A stretch of 63,834 nt of DNA, the filler included, from Octopus bimaculoides (taxonomy: Eukaryota), in NCBI RefSeq assembly GCF_001194135.2. It is 8 parts of 8 records of this genome, joined end to end, with 100 filler letters (N's around TTAATTAATTAA, not from the genome) between each part and the next. Parts side by side here need not be neighbours in the genome. Positions count along the whole stretch, not along the records: positions 40,010 to 50,827 come from NC_069001.1; positions 50,928 to 62,279 come from NC_068984.1; 6 more parts are not named here. One strand, written 5' to 3'. Of the stretch, positions 40,448 to 52,889 are shown piece after piece. The translations under genes were made by a program, and so were the position numbers. Under the pieces are notes generated by a model. The model saw only the letters and a program-made list of their open reading frames with translations. It ran no database searches and had not been told where the DNA came from. Positions within the stretch are counted from its first letter, which is position 1; the number at the start of each line of letters is the position of its first letter.

Positions 40448-40681
40448 CAGTCAAATCCGTCTACCAGCATCCATACCAATGCATTTTGTGTGGAGTGGTG
40501 GGCCGGTCTTCTTGAGTACAACAAAGCACCAACCTGAAAATAACTACTTGGAAAGCTTGATGGAGGATTGACATACAGAGCTGCATAATTTCAAATGCAG
40601 CAAACTCCTGTCAGCATGGAAAAATGGGTGAGAAAACGGATGAGAGGATGACATTAAATTATACACATTATACACAGGCAG

Positions 40682-41000
40682 GGAAGGCATGTGGTTTAGT
40701 GGTTAGGGTATTTGGCTCACGATTGTAAGGTCATGGGTCCAATATCTGGAGACACATTGTGTCCTTGAGTAAGAGACTTTATTTCACATTGCTCCAGTTC
40801 ACTCAGCTGGCAAAAATGAGTAGTACCTGTATTTCAAAGGGACCAGCCATGTCACACTGTCACACTGAATATCCCTGAGAACTACATTAAGGGTACACCT
40901 GTCTATGGAGTGCTCAGCCACTTGCATGTTAATTTCATGAGCAAGCTGTTCTGTTGATTGGATCAACTGGAACCCTCATTGTCATAACTGACAGAGTGTC
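40682..41000 (+). mobile_element. tRNA-derived SINE with V/Meta-like domain
   Basis: TGGTTTAGTGGTTAGGG head, then GTGTCCTTGAGTAAGAGACTTTATTTCACATTGCTCCAGTTCACTCAGCTG. Confidence 0.75.
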
Positions 41001-41386
41001 ATACATAGGCCCAGGCATCGATGGGTGGCTAAGAAGTTTACTTCTCAACCACATAGTTTTGAGCTCAGTCCTATTGTGTGGTACTTTTGCAAATGGGCAA
41101 ATGTCTTCCACTATAGCACTGGGTGGATTTGGTGGAGAGAAACTGAAAGAAGCCTGTCACATATATGTTTGTCACCATAAAGAGACATCTGTATGTTATT
41201 GGAATATAGTGATAAATGCTTGTATAACAGAAGTACTGCCTTCTGAGCTTTTACAGTTAATGCCTAGTGACAGACTGAAGTGAATGATCAATAATCATGT
41301 GAAACTGCAGGTCTTACATTAGAGTGTTCCCCTCCTAGAAGGATGCCATGACAGCATCTAAGTGTATGTCCTGGGTATTTTTTTCA

Positions 41387-41588
41387 CCCTTCAGTATTTA
41401 AACTGGCCATATCTGGCCCAAATGAAAACTGTCCAGATGCAGACTCTCATACCTACCCAACAACGTTATTCTAAAAATTGACAATCACATCATCAAAATT
41501 TTAAAGCTATGAGATAACACATGATTAATTCAAAACAATGCGAATAAATAAACATTACATTTGACAGAGTAATATGAATGCTAAAGGG
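41387..41588. mobile_element. piggyBac-like MITE, about 200 bp
   Basis: Termini CCCTTCAGTATT / ATGCTAAAGGG, flanked by TTCA and TTAA. Reverse copy at 52678-52889. Confidence 0.7.
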
Positions 41589-42210
41589 TTAAAATTACAC
41601 CTAGAGAGGAGCTCTGGTTCAAGAGTACGTGGGTTCTGAAGAGTGTAGAACCACTTCTTAGCCCTTGTTGTTCCCCAGGTTTACTCTTGACTAGCGTAGT
41701 AGCTCCTGTCAGGGTCCAGCCATGGGTTATCTAGTATTAAGACACAGAAATAGCCTTGGTTAGTGTCAGGGTGTGCAATAAAAACACCTGGAGTAGGGAC
41801 TTCTAACTGTTGTCGCAGCATCCTTCTAGTAGAGGGACACCCAGAGAGTGGTATTAGGGTTGAACAAATGTTTATCTCTACAATCTAATGACATTCAGAT
41901 GTCTCTTCATGGTGACCTTATTCATCGGTCCATTTACTGAAAGTCTTATGCCAACGGAAGAGTAGTGATGTGTGCAGACCTAACCAGTTGGAAGTGCACA
42001 CTAATTTACGACTTTTGTCTGTCTCCTATGCTCCAAACCATAGAGATCTGCAATGGCAGTGAATAGTCATCTGATATGTCATGGACAGAAAGTCAGAAAT
42101 GATATTGACAACCAGGAAGCACAAGGAGATGGCAATTATCCGTGAAGATGGAGTAGTCACCATGAATGCATGCATGCGTATGTGTATGTATGTATGTGTG
42201 TGTGTGTGTG

Positions 42211-43010
42211 CCTTCATTGCATTTAAAGAATTAAATGGAGTTCTTTTACTCCAAACACATATGTCCTTGCATCTGCAGGCATCACCTCAATTAAAGCTAT
42301 GATTTTGAGGAACCAATTGAGATGGTGTGGCCATATTGTTTGAATGGCAGATGAACGCATGCCAAAACAGCTGTTTTATGGTGATCTTGCAGAGGGGAAA
42401 TGCTATTGATGTAAACCTAAAAAAAAGGTTTAAGGACGGCATAAGGACTACTATGAGGTCACTTGGAATGGTTCCAAAAGATATAGAAACCCTTGCTTCA
42501 GATCGAGTTGGATGGCGAACAAAGGTGTGGAGCAGAGTGAAAGCATTTGAAGAGGCCAGGATAACACAAGTAAGACTCAAAAGAGATCTAAGGAAGAATA
42601 TAACCATCGAGAAGGTGAATGACAATGACCTTTTTGTGTGCACAGCCTGTGATAGACCATGCCTGTCTTTTGCTGGCCTCAAATCTCATCTGTGAACGCA
42701 TGGAAAACAAACCCCCACCAACTATTCTGCCTATATGTCTATGCACACCTTTGTATATAGTGTATGCCAGAAGGTTTGCAAATCCAACGGAGCCCTCAAA
42801 AGACATTTTAAGATCCACAAAGAGCAGAACTTATCTGCAGCTCTTGGTGGTCCAAATCAGAGGTGCAATCTACGTGGGTTTAAAAAGCCACATCAGATTT
42901 CATGATGTTGAGGTGTAGGTACAGGAGGTGATCAGACTCTGCATAAGGAGTAGACAACCACCATGTATGTATGTATGTATGTATGTATGCATGCATGCAT
43001 GTATGTGTGT
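42211..43010 (+). mobile_element. 5'-truncated RTE-clade LINE 3' end with three C2H2 zinc fingers and a (TGTA)n tail
   Basis: IKWS..PNT.VL..AGITSI.AM..RNQLRWCGHIV..M.DERMPKQLFYG.L..G...KKRFKD...LASDRVGWR, followed by the C2H2 motifs. Contains stops and frameshifts. Confidence 0.88.
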
Positions 43011-44481
43011 GTGTTTGTGTCTCGTCTTGATAGTGTGTGATAGTTATAAATTATTGTCACTGTCATACAAGCAGTGTTGTTTATTTCTAATATTCTACGA
43101 AAACGTGTGACCATGGAGAGACATTTGCTTGAAAACAGGTGAGAGTTGGTTACGGGAAGGGCATCCAGTAGTAGAAAATGTCTCGATAAAAAAAAACGTC
43201 CAACCCATGCAAACATGGAAAACTAGACGTCATAACGATGAACGATGACATTACACATGCTTACATAAATTCCATATGCACACGACTATGTATATACGCA
43301 ATATCTCCATATATATAAGACCGATTTTTATGTATGTGTAGGTACGCATGTACTTACACATAAAAATACCCATACATGGTTTTATGAATGCTGAAAGGGT
43401 ATTGTTAGGGGATTACTGAAATTGCCGCAATCTCTGGTTGGTAGTAGGTATGGCAGGGAAGACGGGAAATTTGCGTATATGCACGCAGACATATACACAT
43501 GCTATGGTTTTAAAAAATATTTGTTCTTAGTGGTATGTTTACAGGGAAGTGTTTCACTTATGTCAGAAATACTTTTGGGGAAGTATAATTGGTGTAATTT
43601 CTCTGCTACTTAGACACATAACTAGACGAACAGTGACCACGACAGCTAGAAATCGATAACAAGCAGCTTATCATGTGTGACTACGCACATTCTTGGGTGT
43701 TATTGTTTACATTATTTGAAGATTCCAATAACAATGCCAGAAGAATATTCGTCTGATGGCAATGTAACCCAAGCTGGAAGGGTCAAAGATGAGAAAAAAG
43801 GAAACCTGTAGACACGAAAAAATTCTTGAGTCACTATTTACTACATATATACGGAACAATTATCAACATTCTTGAAGGCTAGCAAACATCGTTTGAAAGT
43901 TAAGGCATGTTTGTAGGTGTGTTCTGCAAAGATTATGACGAGCAGAGGCTAAGGCTGATGAATGTGGGGCAGAAGCTAAGACACAAAAGCAACAGTGAGA
44001 AAACAGTAACAATGTTAGTTGCGACATTAAAAAAAAAGCAGTTAAAAGATGTTCAACGTCAGTTACAACAATAAGAGTAAGGGAGGAACGAACAGTAGAA
44101 TTAGCAAACATTCCAGCAATAACAGCTGCAGCAAACGTCAGCCTTAACAGCTGTTGCTGTAGCAATATTAAATAAAATAGCATTAATAGTAGCAAGAAAT
44201 AGTATTAACACAAACGCTTATATTTATGAGGATAACAACAGTAGCAATAATAACGATTTTTTATTAGTAGCAATAACAAGCTTAATGACATTAACAAGAC
44301 TAATAACAGCGACAAAACCAGAACAGCAATCCGAATGATAAGCATTGATAGTAAGACCATTTGAAATAGCAACATTTATTATTTGCAACAGATTACATGA
44401 CAACAAGCCATCAAAATATTAGACTTCTGTTTGAGCCAACACGAATGACCTCCCTTTAATCAGTTTCAGTCTTGCTGTTGG

Positions 44482-44508
44482 TGACGTCATTCTATCAAAA
44501 TGGCGGAT
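44482..44508 (+). promoter_or_regulatory. Candidate housekeeping promoter/start region: CRE (TGACGTCA, 44482-44489) and YY1-type AAAATGGCGG over the ATG
   Basis: Both motifs seen directly in unique sequence, just upstream of a perfect donor. Confidence 0.6.
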
Positions 44509-44539
44509 ACAGTCGGCTTGCTTAAACGGGAACATGCAG
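44500..44539 (+). CDS. Candidate first coding exon of an unidentified gene (MADTVGLLKREHA, phase 1)
   Basis: AAAATGGCG start context and consensus donor CAG|GTAAGT at 44540. No downstream exon could be found. Confidence 0.55.
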
Positions 44540-46853
44540 GTAAGTGAATTAACTTCAACAGGGTGCTTTTTACACACGCTAAAACAACATTATGATATTC
44601 CCGATAAAGTGATTGACAATCGACGTTTGTAATGAATATTTATACTTGTCACGTAATTTGTTAAGATGACAATATTTTGAAGAATTTTTTTTGCATCATC
44701 AAATAAGAAGGAAGGCCTTCAGCTACTCCCTTCGATTTTTTTTTAGAGATCAGCTTTGAATAAAAGTTATCTACGAAAGTGATAAACTAATAAACAATAT
44801 AAAACGATGTGCTCAACAAATGAGTGTGTCAAATAAAACTATATTTCACCCAACTTGGGCCTCAGACCCATAACTCAAAGGTTATTACAATGTTTTTACC
44901 AATTAGTCGAGATGTGTCTACTTTGTGAATGACTAAAGAAACACGCAAGCATAAAATTACGAGCGAAAAAAGAAAAAAAAAAAAAGATTACCAAAGAATA
45001 TCTTCTGTTATTTCAATTCTTTCTTCGCTGCAGAGATTACTGTCAAAAAATGGGGAGATGAAAACTGCTTCGCACTAAAATTACGTAGGTTTATTCATAT
45101 TTCATGGATATGTATTCATTAAACTTTCTTTAAAGCTTTATGTGAAATGTATAAATACATTTTATATACCCGAAGTTTCTGTAAAATCTAAAAAGAAATT
45201 AAAAAATTAAAATAAGTGGATAAATACGCGCGCGCGCACACATAGAAAAAGTAAGAAAATATTGTGTCAGCTATTTGACTTTCACTAATAGAATACCCGG
45301 CGTTGCCCAGACTGGAGAGGAGCTGTAAATAGACCAAATTATTTTTAATGAACGCATTTTCTATTTAATAAAACACTGTTGCATTTCTCTCGAAATGTTA
45401 TCGTTCATTTAAGAAATTAATTTGCTTCCCAATACGTCTCTAGCAGTCCAGTGTCTTAATGCACTAGTCTACAGATAGGCACTCAATATTTATAGTATAT
45501 TTCGTAATTTCTGGAAATAACATATCCATTTCACACATATTAGATAAGAACACAGAATTAAATGAACCTGAAATACAGTTTATTTCATTTGGAATGTAAT
45601 TGAAGGTTATATATCGTCTTATGTTGTTGAGATATACGATCTTTATTTTTCAAATTAAAATAATTTGAAATATTAGTGATGACCGTAGTGTCGGAAGGTA
45701 AATACCCATGGAAATAAAATCGTTCATATGTGGAGACTGGAGTGCTTGGAGGAACCTCACACTTTCACATATTGGAACAGCAATACAATCAGTGATAAAG
45801 AAATAAAATTAATATTTCTGATGAACCCCAGCTTATGTGATATTAGATCTGTACCGATCATAGACTTGGCAGTACTGAGTATTGTCATGTTATCATCTTA
45901 GAATACTTAAAGCTTTTTGTTTTAGCAATAGAGGCATAAATAAAAAGTTCCAATAACTGAACAGCTTACGTAAAACTGGCCATTAGAAGAGCAGTATTCT
46001 ACAAGATACAGTCCTGCAAGTATCAATATTTACCTTTGGATTTATTGATTAATATGGCAAAGTTTATGCGTTCTGGAAACTGAAGTCTACTAAACTGAAA
46101 AGACATATCTGTTAGTATGGCTTATCTGGATATAATTGCATCCTCTTTTAGTTAATTCAGTGAGAATGATAGAAAAAATATTGTAGGTGACTTGTAATAT
46201 AATCTATTAATCTTATACAATTGCATAACTGCAGTATTACTGGAGATTATTTGTTTTTAATTGAAGTGTGTGTGGTAGTAGACCTAAAGATTGTTAGGAA
46301 TTTAAAAACTCTGCAGGAACTGTTTTCTGATCCACAACAGTGTTTATCATTTTGTAGATATGACTATTTCTTGGAAATACTTGCAATAGCTCCCAAATGA
46401 TATTGTAGACCTAGACATATTTTTTTTTGCACAGTCACTTGTGTGTCAGTAATGTTGTGGATTGAGAAACACCAAATTCATGGCTCTGTCACTACCAGAA
46501 TGAAATCTTCCAGTTTGTCATAAATTTTTGGCAAAGTGACCAGATTGCTGATCTTCAAAATAATTCACTCTCCTGTAGTAGGCTGCAGATTTTGAGTTGG
46601 GCCCAAAGCAATGATGGTTTAAGGCCAACTTGGATTTCATTACCATTTGTTGTTTTGGGGGATAACTGTTAGGATTTAACAGGTCATTCGACAATACTTC
46701 TCTCATCTGAGATCTATTTTCATGCAATTCCTTCAGTGACTTATCTTGGGTCTCCAGAAATTTCTCATGAGCCATAGTGCATCACCCCAGGCAATCATTT
46801 GGTATCTCTTATTGAATTCTTGGTGATGTCGCAAATAGTTGCATCATTTAGGC

Positions 46854-47372
46854 CAGGGGTCACCAAACTATGGCCCACGAGCCAGATCCAGCTCATAAAG
46901 TCAGTTCATCCGGCCTGCTCCCGCACTATACCTTCTGTGTATGTACCTGCAATGAGAGTTCATTTGCCTCTGGTATTGCATCAGTGTTTGGAATAGCTTA
47001 TGTCTGTGAGCAAACATTTTCAAAATGGAAGTCAGCACATCGAACGATGTTGAACATTTGAAAGCAATTCTCTTGGTTGGATGCAACAATTCCAAAGCAA
47101 ATATTGATGATATCTTAAAAGGTAAACAATAGTTTCACAAACCTCATTAACCTTTTTTGCTGCTTATTTTGTGAGATTCGGATTTGTGTGTGCTGGGTGT
47201 GATATAACTATCTTATTGCTAATGTCGCCTTCTTTGATAACTTTTTGGTAAATAAATATGTTGGTTGTCTTTATTCACTGTATTGTATTGAACAAAATGG
47301 TTATGTGTCCCGCACTTGTCATTCTCTCACTTATCTGCCTCCCGCCCCGTGAATAACGTTTCGTGACCCCTG
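46854..47372 (+). mobile_element. Internally deleted hAT element (SPIN/Charlie/GTF2IRD2-like), 519 bp
   Basis: TIRs CAGGGGTCAC/GTGACCCCTG and perfect 8-bp TSD ATTTAGGC (46846-46853, 47373-47380). Internal ASVFGIAYVCEQTFS..HLKAIL..NIDDILK matches the hAT C-terminal dimerisation region. Confidence 0.92.
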
Positions 47373-48199
47373 ATTTAGGCTAACAGAATCTGAATGTTGT
47401 ACAGTCCTCAGGAAGGAGTGTAACTTAAATAGCTCTACCCTTATGTAGATAGACTTTGTCATGATATAAGATTAAGAATGACTTTCCATTTCTACCATGA
47501 GTATCAAGGAAGTATGTTCCAACTTCTTATCCTGTCAAAAATAGAATAGACTGTCCTCTTGCCTGAGGTGAGTTTGGGTTCATTAGCGTTTTATGATGAC
47601 TTTTTCAAAATTACTGTTAATAGATATTGACTTGATTGTTTGAAGTTTTTGGTCATTTATTTCCCTAAGGCATTTTGATGAGGGCTGCCTTTTAGATTTC
47701 ATCTCTACACTCTATGTCCATGCTGGGGTACATATGTTGAGCTTGATGCTTGAAATCTTTGGCAAGATCATCACAACATTTGAACCAAAGTTGAAGCAGG
47801 TTGGATGTTTCACAGAAGTTTAGCAGCATGGTGAAAAGATCACTAAGACTCTTGACTGTTTGAGTCTTTTGACTCTGTTGCATCAGCAGTAGCTCTGCAT
47901 AAATTAAGTCATTTACTAACCAGAAATATCTTGAGAGAGACAGCGACTCAGAGTAGCAAAGCTTTCACTGAAGAGCAAAAAGAAGCGGTTATAATATTAA
48001 AACAAAGAAATTCAGCAATGTAGTAGTAGCAAGATGGAAGCAATAACCACATACAAAAGAAAATGGAGAAGATGGATGTACACACACTTTCTCAAATATA
48101 TATGATGTATCAATAGATATATATATGATGTATAAATAAATATATAGGTATATTTTTGCTTTTGCAGTACTTTACAAAGATACTGCTTTTGCTTCATTG

Positions 48200-49700
48200 T
48201 ATAACTCCTTGTATAACTAGATTAAATATCCGGGTGGTAATTGCAACTGACCTCCCTGGATAATTTGAGCATCTCTGCAACTTTCCCTCTCTTCATGTCT
48301 TTGATCACCTTATCTACCATGCTACTTGAATTACTCGTCCTTCTGTTGAGGTAGCCTTTCTTTATCATATACATATTATACATTCTCCACATTCAACAGC
48401 CTTTCATAATAGTACTATCACATCATTTTCTTCCATATCACTGGCAAATATATCTTCATCATTCTGAATACACTTCTGGCCAGTGACATCTCTGTTCATT
48501 TTCATACACTATCTTGCGATCCTGGACACTTCACACCTCTGATTCTTGTGTTGCAAGACATGTGTAAATCTTGTCTTTTCTGCCTCACCCAAAGCCAAAT
48601 ATTTCTGTTGCATAACTGCCCATCTAGCCATTTGGTAATGCCCCCTACTACTATTACTTTCCCCCCCAATTTTCCAAGCCAGTTTCTTAGTCTTTACTGC
48701 CATATGAACTGTATCATTCCACCATCATGTTGCTTTTGGCTTGGTTGGGACTTTTCTCTTGCCACATGTCTGTTCATGCCTTAAGTAAATCATTTCCTAG
48801 AAATTCACTGCTTTCAACTGTGCTCCAGGTATCTATATCTACCTCCCTACAGTCATATATGTCAGTTACAATTTCTCTAAATCTGTTCTCAACTGCAGAT
48901 CTTTTAGTTTCCATATCTTCCTTTTTCCTGTTGTCATTCATTTGTGTGTCTGCCTAACTCTGACCTTGAAGTAACTAGCCTCCAATCTCTATCGTGTAGT
49001 GAATCTTCACCGGGAGACATCTCTTTTCCTGTTGAGAATGTAATCTATCTGACTTGCATGTATGCCAGGTCTGTAGGTGATAAGGTGGTTGGCTGGTTTT
49101 CTAAAGCGTGTGTTGCAGATTGTTGGATCCATTGTCTCACAGAATTCCAGGAGCTATACACCCTTCTCATTTCCCTCACCATATCTATAGCCTCTATGTA
49201 TGTTGTAGAAGCCATTGGCATGCTGGCCAACATGACTGTTGAAATAACCAACCACAAGAATGAAGTTGCTGTCAGTCTTCATTGAGGCAGTTTGCAGAAG
49301 GCTCTCATAGAAGCTGTCCTTCTGCACTTTTGTTAATCCTATCAGTGGGGCATATGCTGTATAACTAGTCTCAATTATCCTATCATGTATCCTGACTACC
49401 TCAGTTACTTTTACTATCCATTTTTCTGCCATCAGTATGTCTATTCCACCCTGCAGGCGCTATTACTTGCCTAGAAGAATTTGTATCACTTTCTTGCTTG
49501 TGATAAGTTTGGTTGAGGATCTTTTCCATCTTACCTCTTGTACACAGCATACGTGTACTTATCTCTACTTTGGCATTACCACAATCTTATCAGATCTACT
49601 TTTCATTGTGCCTACATTTATGGTTGCAGCCATGAAGTTTAGGGTGTATCTTTGATGGGAAGTATGTTTAATCCATTACTGTATGAATATGTCTGCATCT
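48200..49700 (-). mobile_element. RTE LINE fragment: APE endonuclease plus pre-RT linker, degenerate
   Basis: TINVGTM, CVQEVRW, AYAPLIG, FYESL, GYFNSHVG, GYRYGEGNEKG, SQIDYI, IWKLKD, VDKVIKDMK.GK..AEMLK. Confidence 0.88.
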
Positions 49701-50084
49701 GTGAGGAATAAGAAAGGTTGTGCAATGGTTTATCAGCTGTTGGCAGATTTACACTCATTATTATGTTTGTCCTTACATTTAATTTACCATCATTCATTCT
49801 TATTCACACTTGTTGCATCTACCACAAAGGTGTAGTTTACAACTATTATCAAATAATTACAAGTATTCCTAATTCATTAGCATTTTCAGTGTCATGTGCA
49901 TTTGCATTTCCATTTTATTACTGTAGTTTGTAGGATACTGATATAGGCAAAGAGGATGGGAGGGGTGTGTGGAAGAAAAATTTCCATTATGGGTGGTGGG
50001 GCATGACAGCTCTCTTGCCATGCACCTGCCCTTTCCATGGCCAGTGAGCTGCATGCTCACATGAGAGAAAGAAATATTAATAAG

Positions 50085-50407
50085 GCGGTAGACCGTGAGA
50101 TGAGGTGGTGAAGTATGATCTTGAGATGTTGAGTCTTGCGGAGCTGATAACAAGTGATCGAGACCTTTGGCATGTTTGAGAAGACATGTTGATCTAAATG
50201 AAATCCTAGTTATGGCCAGTGCTGTTGACATATAGCAGGCACCAGTACACTCTGTGGAGTGGTTGGCATTAGGAAGGGCATCCAGCCATAGAAACCAAGC
50301 CAGAACAAACTGGAGCCTGGTGCAGCTTTCCAGCTTACCAGCTCCAGTCACACAGTCTTAGCCATGCCAGCATGGAAAAAAGGACACTAAATGATGATGA
50401 TGATGAA
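50085..50407 (+). mobile_element. RTE LINE extreme 3' end (ORF end, 3' UTR, (GAT)n)
   Basis: GRP..DEVVKYDLEMLSLAELITSDRDLW, followed by the tail shared with 7288, 15113 and 51343. Confidence 0.8.
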
Positions 50408-50784
50408 GGGGCATATTAGATAAAGGAAGACGAAAGAAAAGGGGAAAAAAGGCAGCTTTAATAGTAGAATGCAAAATGAATGAAATGACAAATTAAAGCT
50501 AAGAAGACAGATTTGTGCTTATCTTGACATTTTTGATTATCACAGAGCAATGTCTAGTAGCAACCAAGTTTTTGGAAATATGAAACAGGATGACCTGTGG
50601 TGTTTATAAGAGTGGGGTGACAAGAAACTGGAGGAGATGGCCAGAGCTTGAAATCATGGTGATATGGGAATGTCTGGCTTTTTCAATTTTTGATTATTTT
50701 TCTCATTGGTACGGAGTTTTACGATTTTCATTCATTTGCCCACTTTCACCTTTATGTTTAAGTATGCTGTGACATTGCCTTGAA

Positions 50785-50827
<43 letters not shown>

Positions 50828-50927
50828 NNNNNNNNNNNNNNNNNNNNNNNNNNNNNNNNNNNNNNNNNNNNTTAATTAATTAANNNNNNNNNNNNNNNNN
50901 NNNNNNNNNNNNNNNNNNNNNNNNNNN
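50828..50927. other. Artificial join: N44-TTAATTAATTAA-N44
   Basis: Same spacer. Confidence 0.97.
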
Positions 50928-50984
50928 ATATATATGTATATAAAGTAAACAAACAGGGTGCACATTGCACTACATGGATATATC

Positions 50985-51301
50985 AAGGGTTGAACAGAAG
51001 GAATACAAGGAGAAAAATTATTAGATAAAAGCAGAGCAAATGAAAAACTAGAGGAAAACTTAATGGTTGGGAAATTTAGGCAAAAACACGATACATGGAA
51101 TATTTGCAGCTGATTTCCTCATCAGTCAATGACCCAAACCACTATATCTGGGATCACTGACTGACAAGGAAATCAGCTGCAAATATTCCATGTATCGTAT
51201 TTTTACCTAAATTTCCCATCCATTAAGTTTTCCTCTAGTTTTCCATTTGCTTTGCTTTCATCTAATTTTTCTCCTTGTTGTGTTCTTTCTGTTCAACCCT
51301 T
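50985..51301. repeat. Foldback: about 150-bp inverted arms with a loop of about 12 nt
   Basis: AAGGGTTGAACAGAA...GATTTCCTCATCAGTCAATGACCCA / TGGGATCACTGACTGACAAGGAAATC...TTCTGTTCAACCCTT. Confidence 0.92.
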
Positions 51302-51305
51302 TATA

Positions 51306-51342
<37 letters not shown>

Positions 51343-51346
<4 letters not shown>

Positions 51347-51708
51347 TCATCATCGTCGTTTAATGTCCGTTTTCCATTCTAGCATGGGTTGGACGATTTG
51401 ACTGAAGACTGGTGAACTAGATGGCTACACCAGGTTCCAATCTGATTTGGCAGAGTTTCTACAGCTGGATACCCTTCCTAACGCCAACCACTCTGAGAGT
51501 GTAGTGGGTGCTTTTACTTGCCACCGGCACGATGGCCAGTCAGGTGGTACTGGCGACGGCCATGCTCAAAATGGTGTATTTTACGTGCCACCTACACAGG
51601 AGCCAGTCCAGCGGCACTGGCAACGATCTCGCTTGAATGTCTTTACACGTGCTACCGGCACAAGTGCCAGGAAGGCGACGCTGGGCACAGGTGCCATCAC
51701 AATTTCAC
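51343..51708 (-). mobile_element. RTE-tail repeat with internal repeats of about 65 nt
   Basis: Same tail as 15113-15353, extended by three related units beginning TTTTACGTGCCACC. Confidence 0.8.
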
Positions 51709-52677
51709 GATATATATATATAAACACACACATACATATATGTATGTGTGTGTGTGTGTGTGTTTGTGTGTCCTTGTTTTGACATCATGTGATAGCTGTA
51801 AATGAGTATCACTGTTATGCAAGCAGTGTTGTCCATTTCCAATATTCTTCAAAAACATATCTTGCCATGGGGAAATATTTCCTTACTTGGAAACAAGTGA
51901 GGAATGGCAACAGGAAGGCATTGATGTTGTTTCTTCTGTTAAAAAAAAAAACATCTACTGGCTCTGTGCCTTCAAAGACATAGAATAAGAGATTCCTTAC
52001 TTGAAAAACAGGTAAGGGTTGGTATTATGAAGTACATTCGGCTGTAAAGCAATGGCTGCCTCAATAATATATTCAGCTAACCTATGATGGCATGGAAAAA
52101 CAGACACAAAAACAAATGAATGAAAAGAAGCAATACACACACACAGACACACATGTATACCACGCTTCTATACAGTTTTTATTTGCTAAATTCCACTTGC
52201 AGGTGTTACCCCACATGAGGCTATGAAAGAGGCCATGTCTTAGGTACCATGCAATGAAATTAAACCCAGTACCATGTGTTTGTGAAGGAAACCACTTAAC
52301 CACACAGCCATGCATGCAACCCATTTATTTTCTTTCTCATGTATTCCTCACTTTACTCCTCTGAAGACTCTATATTTCAAGTGTGACTAGTTATGTAACA
52401 CATGAAATATGAGAGTAAATACTAATTACAGGGAAATAGTTTAATTAGGAATAAATAATTAATTAAGGTATTTCCCTCCACAACACATGAGACATGATGA
52501 ATTCAACTAATTAAATAAGAATTGAATAATGGCATGTTCAAACCAGCTTGTTTAGTTGCTGGTTAGTACCATCTCAGTTCTGATAGAGTAGATTTATGAT
52601 CAGAGGTGTTTCAGTAATGACTATCCAGTCTTTCTGTGAATCAAAGGCGACAAAGTCTAATGTGTCCTTCTGTTTGG

Positions 52678-52889
52678 CCCTTTAGCATTTAGATTACTCT
52701 GTCAAATATAATGCTTATTTATTTACATGGTTTTCAATTACTCATGTATTATCTCATAGCTTTGAAATTTCAATGAGGTTATTGTTTATATTTAGAATGA
52801 CATTGTGGGATAAGTGTGAGAGTATGTCTGTGCCTAAATGGGAAATTTGAACTTTTTCAAATAGTTTAACAGACTGTTTGCTGCAAGGG
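52678..52889. mobile_element. piggyBac-like MITE, reverse copy
   Basis: CCCTTTAGCATTTAGATTACTCTGTCAAAT is the reverse complement of the end of 41387-41588. Confidence 0.65.

Noticed and set aside
43863-44406. 110-aa and 60-aa hydrophobic ORFs upstream of the candidate promoter
   Set aside because: Degenerate CAG/CAA/TAA trinucleotide-derived sequence with no motif.
46518-46775. 85-aa minus-strand ORF
   Set aside because: No recognisable domain, and adjacent frames are broken. It is probably part of an old element interrupted by the hAT insertion.
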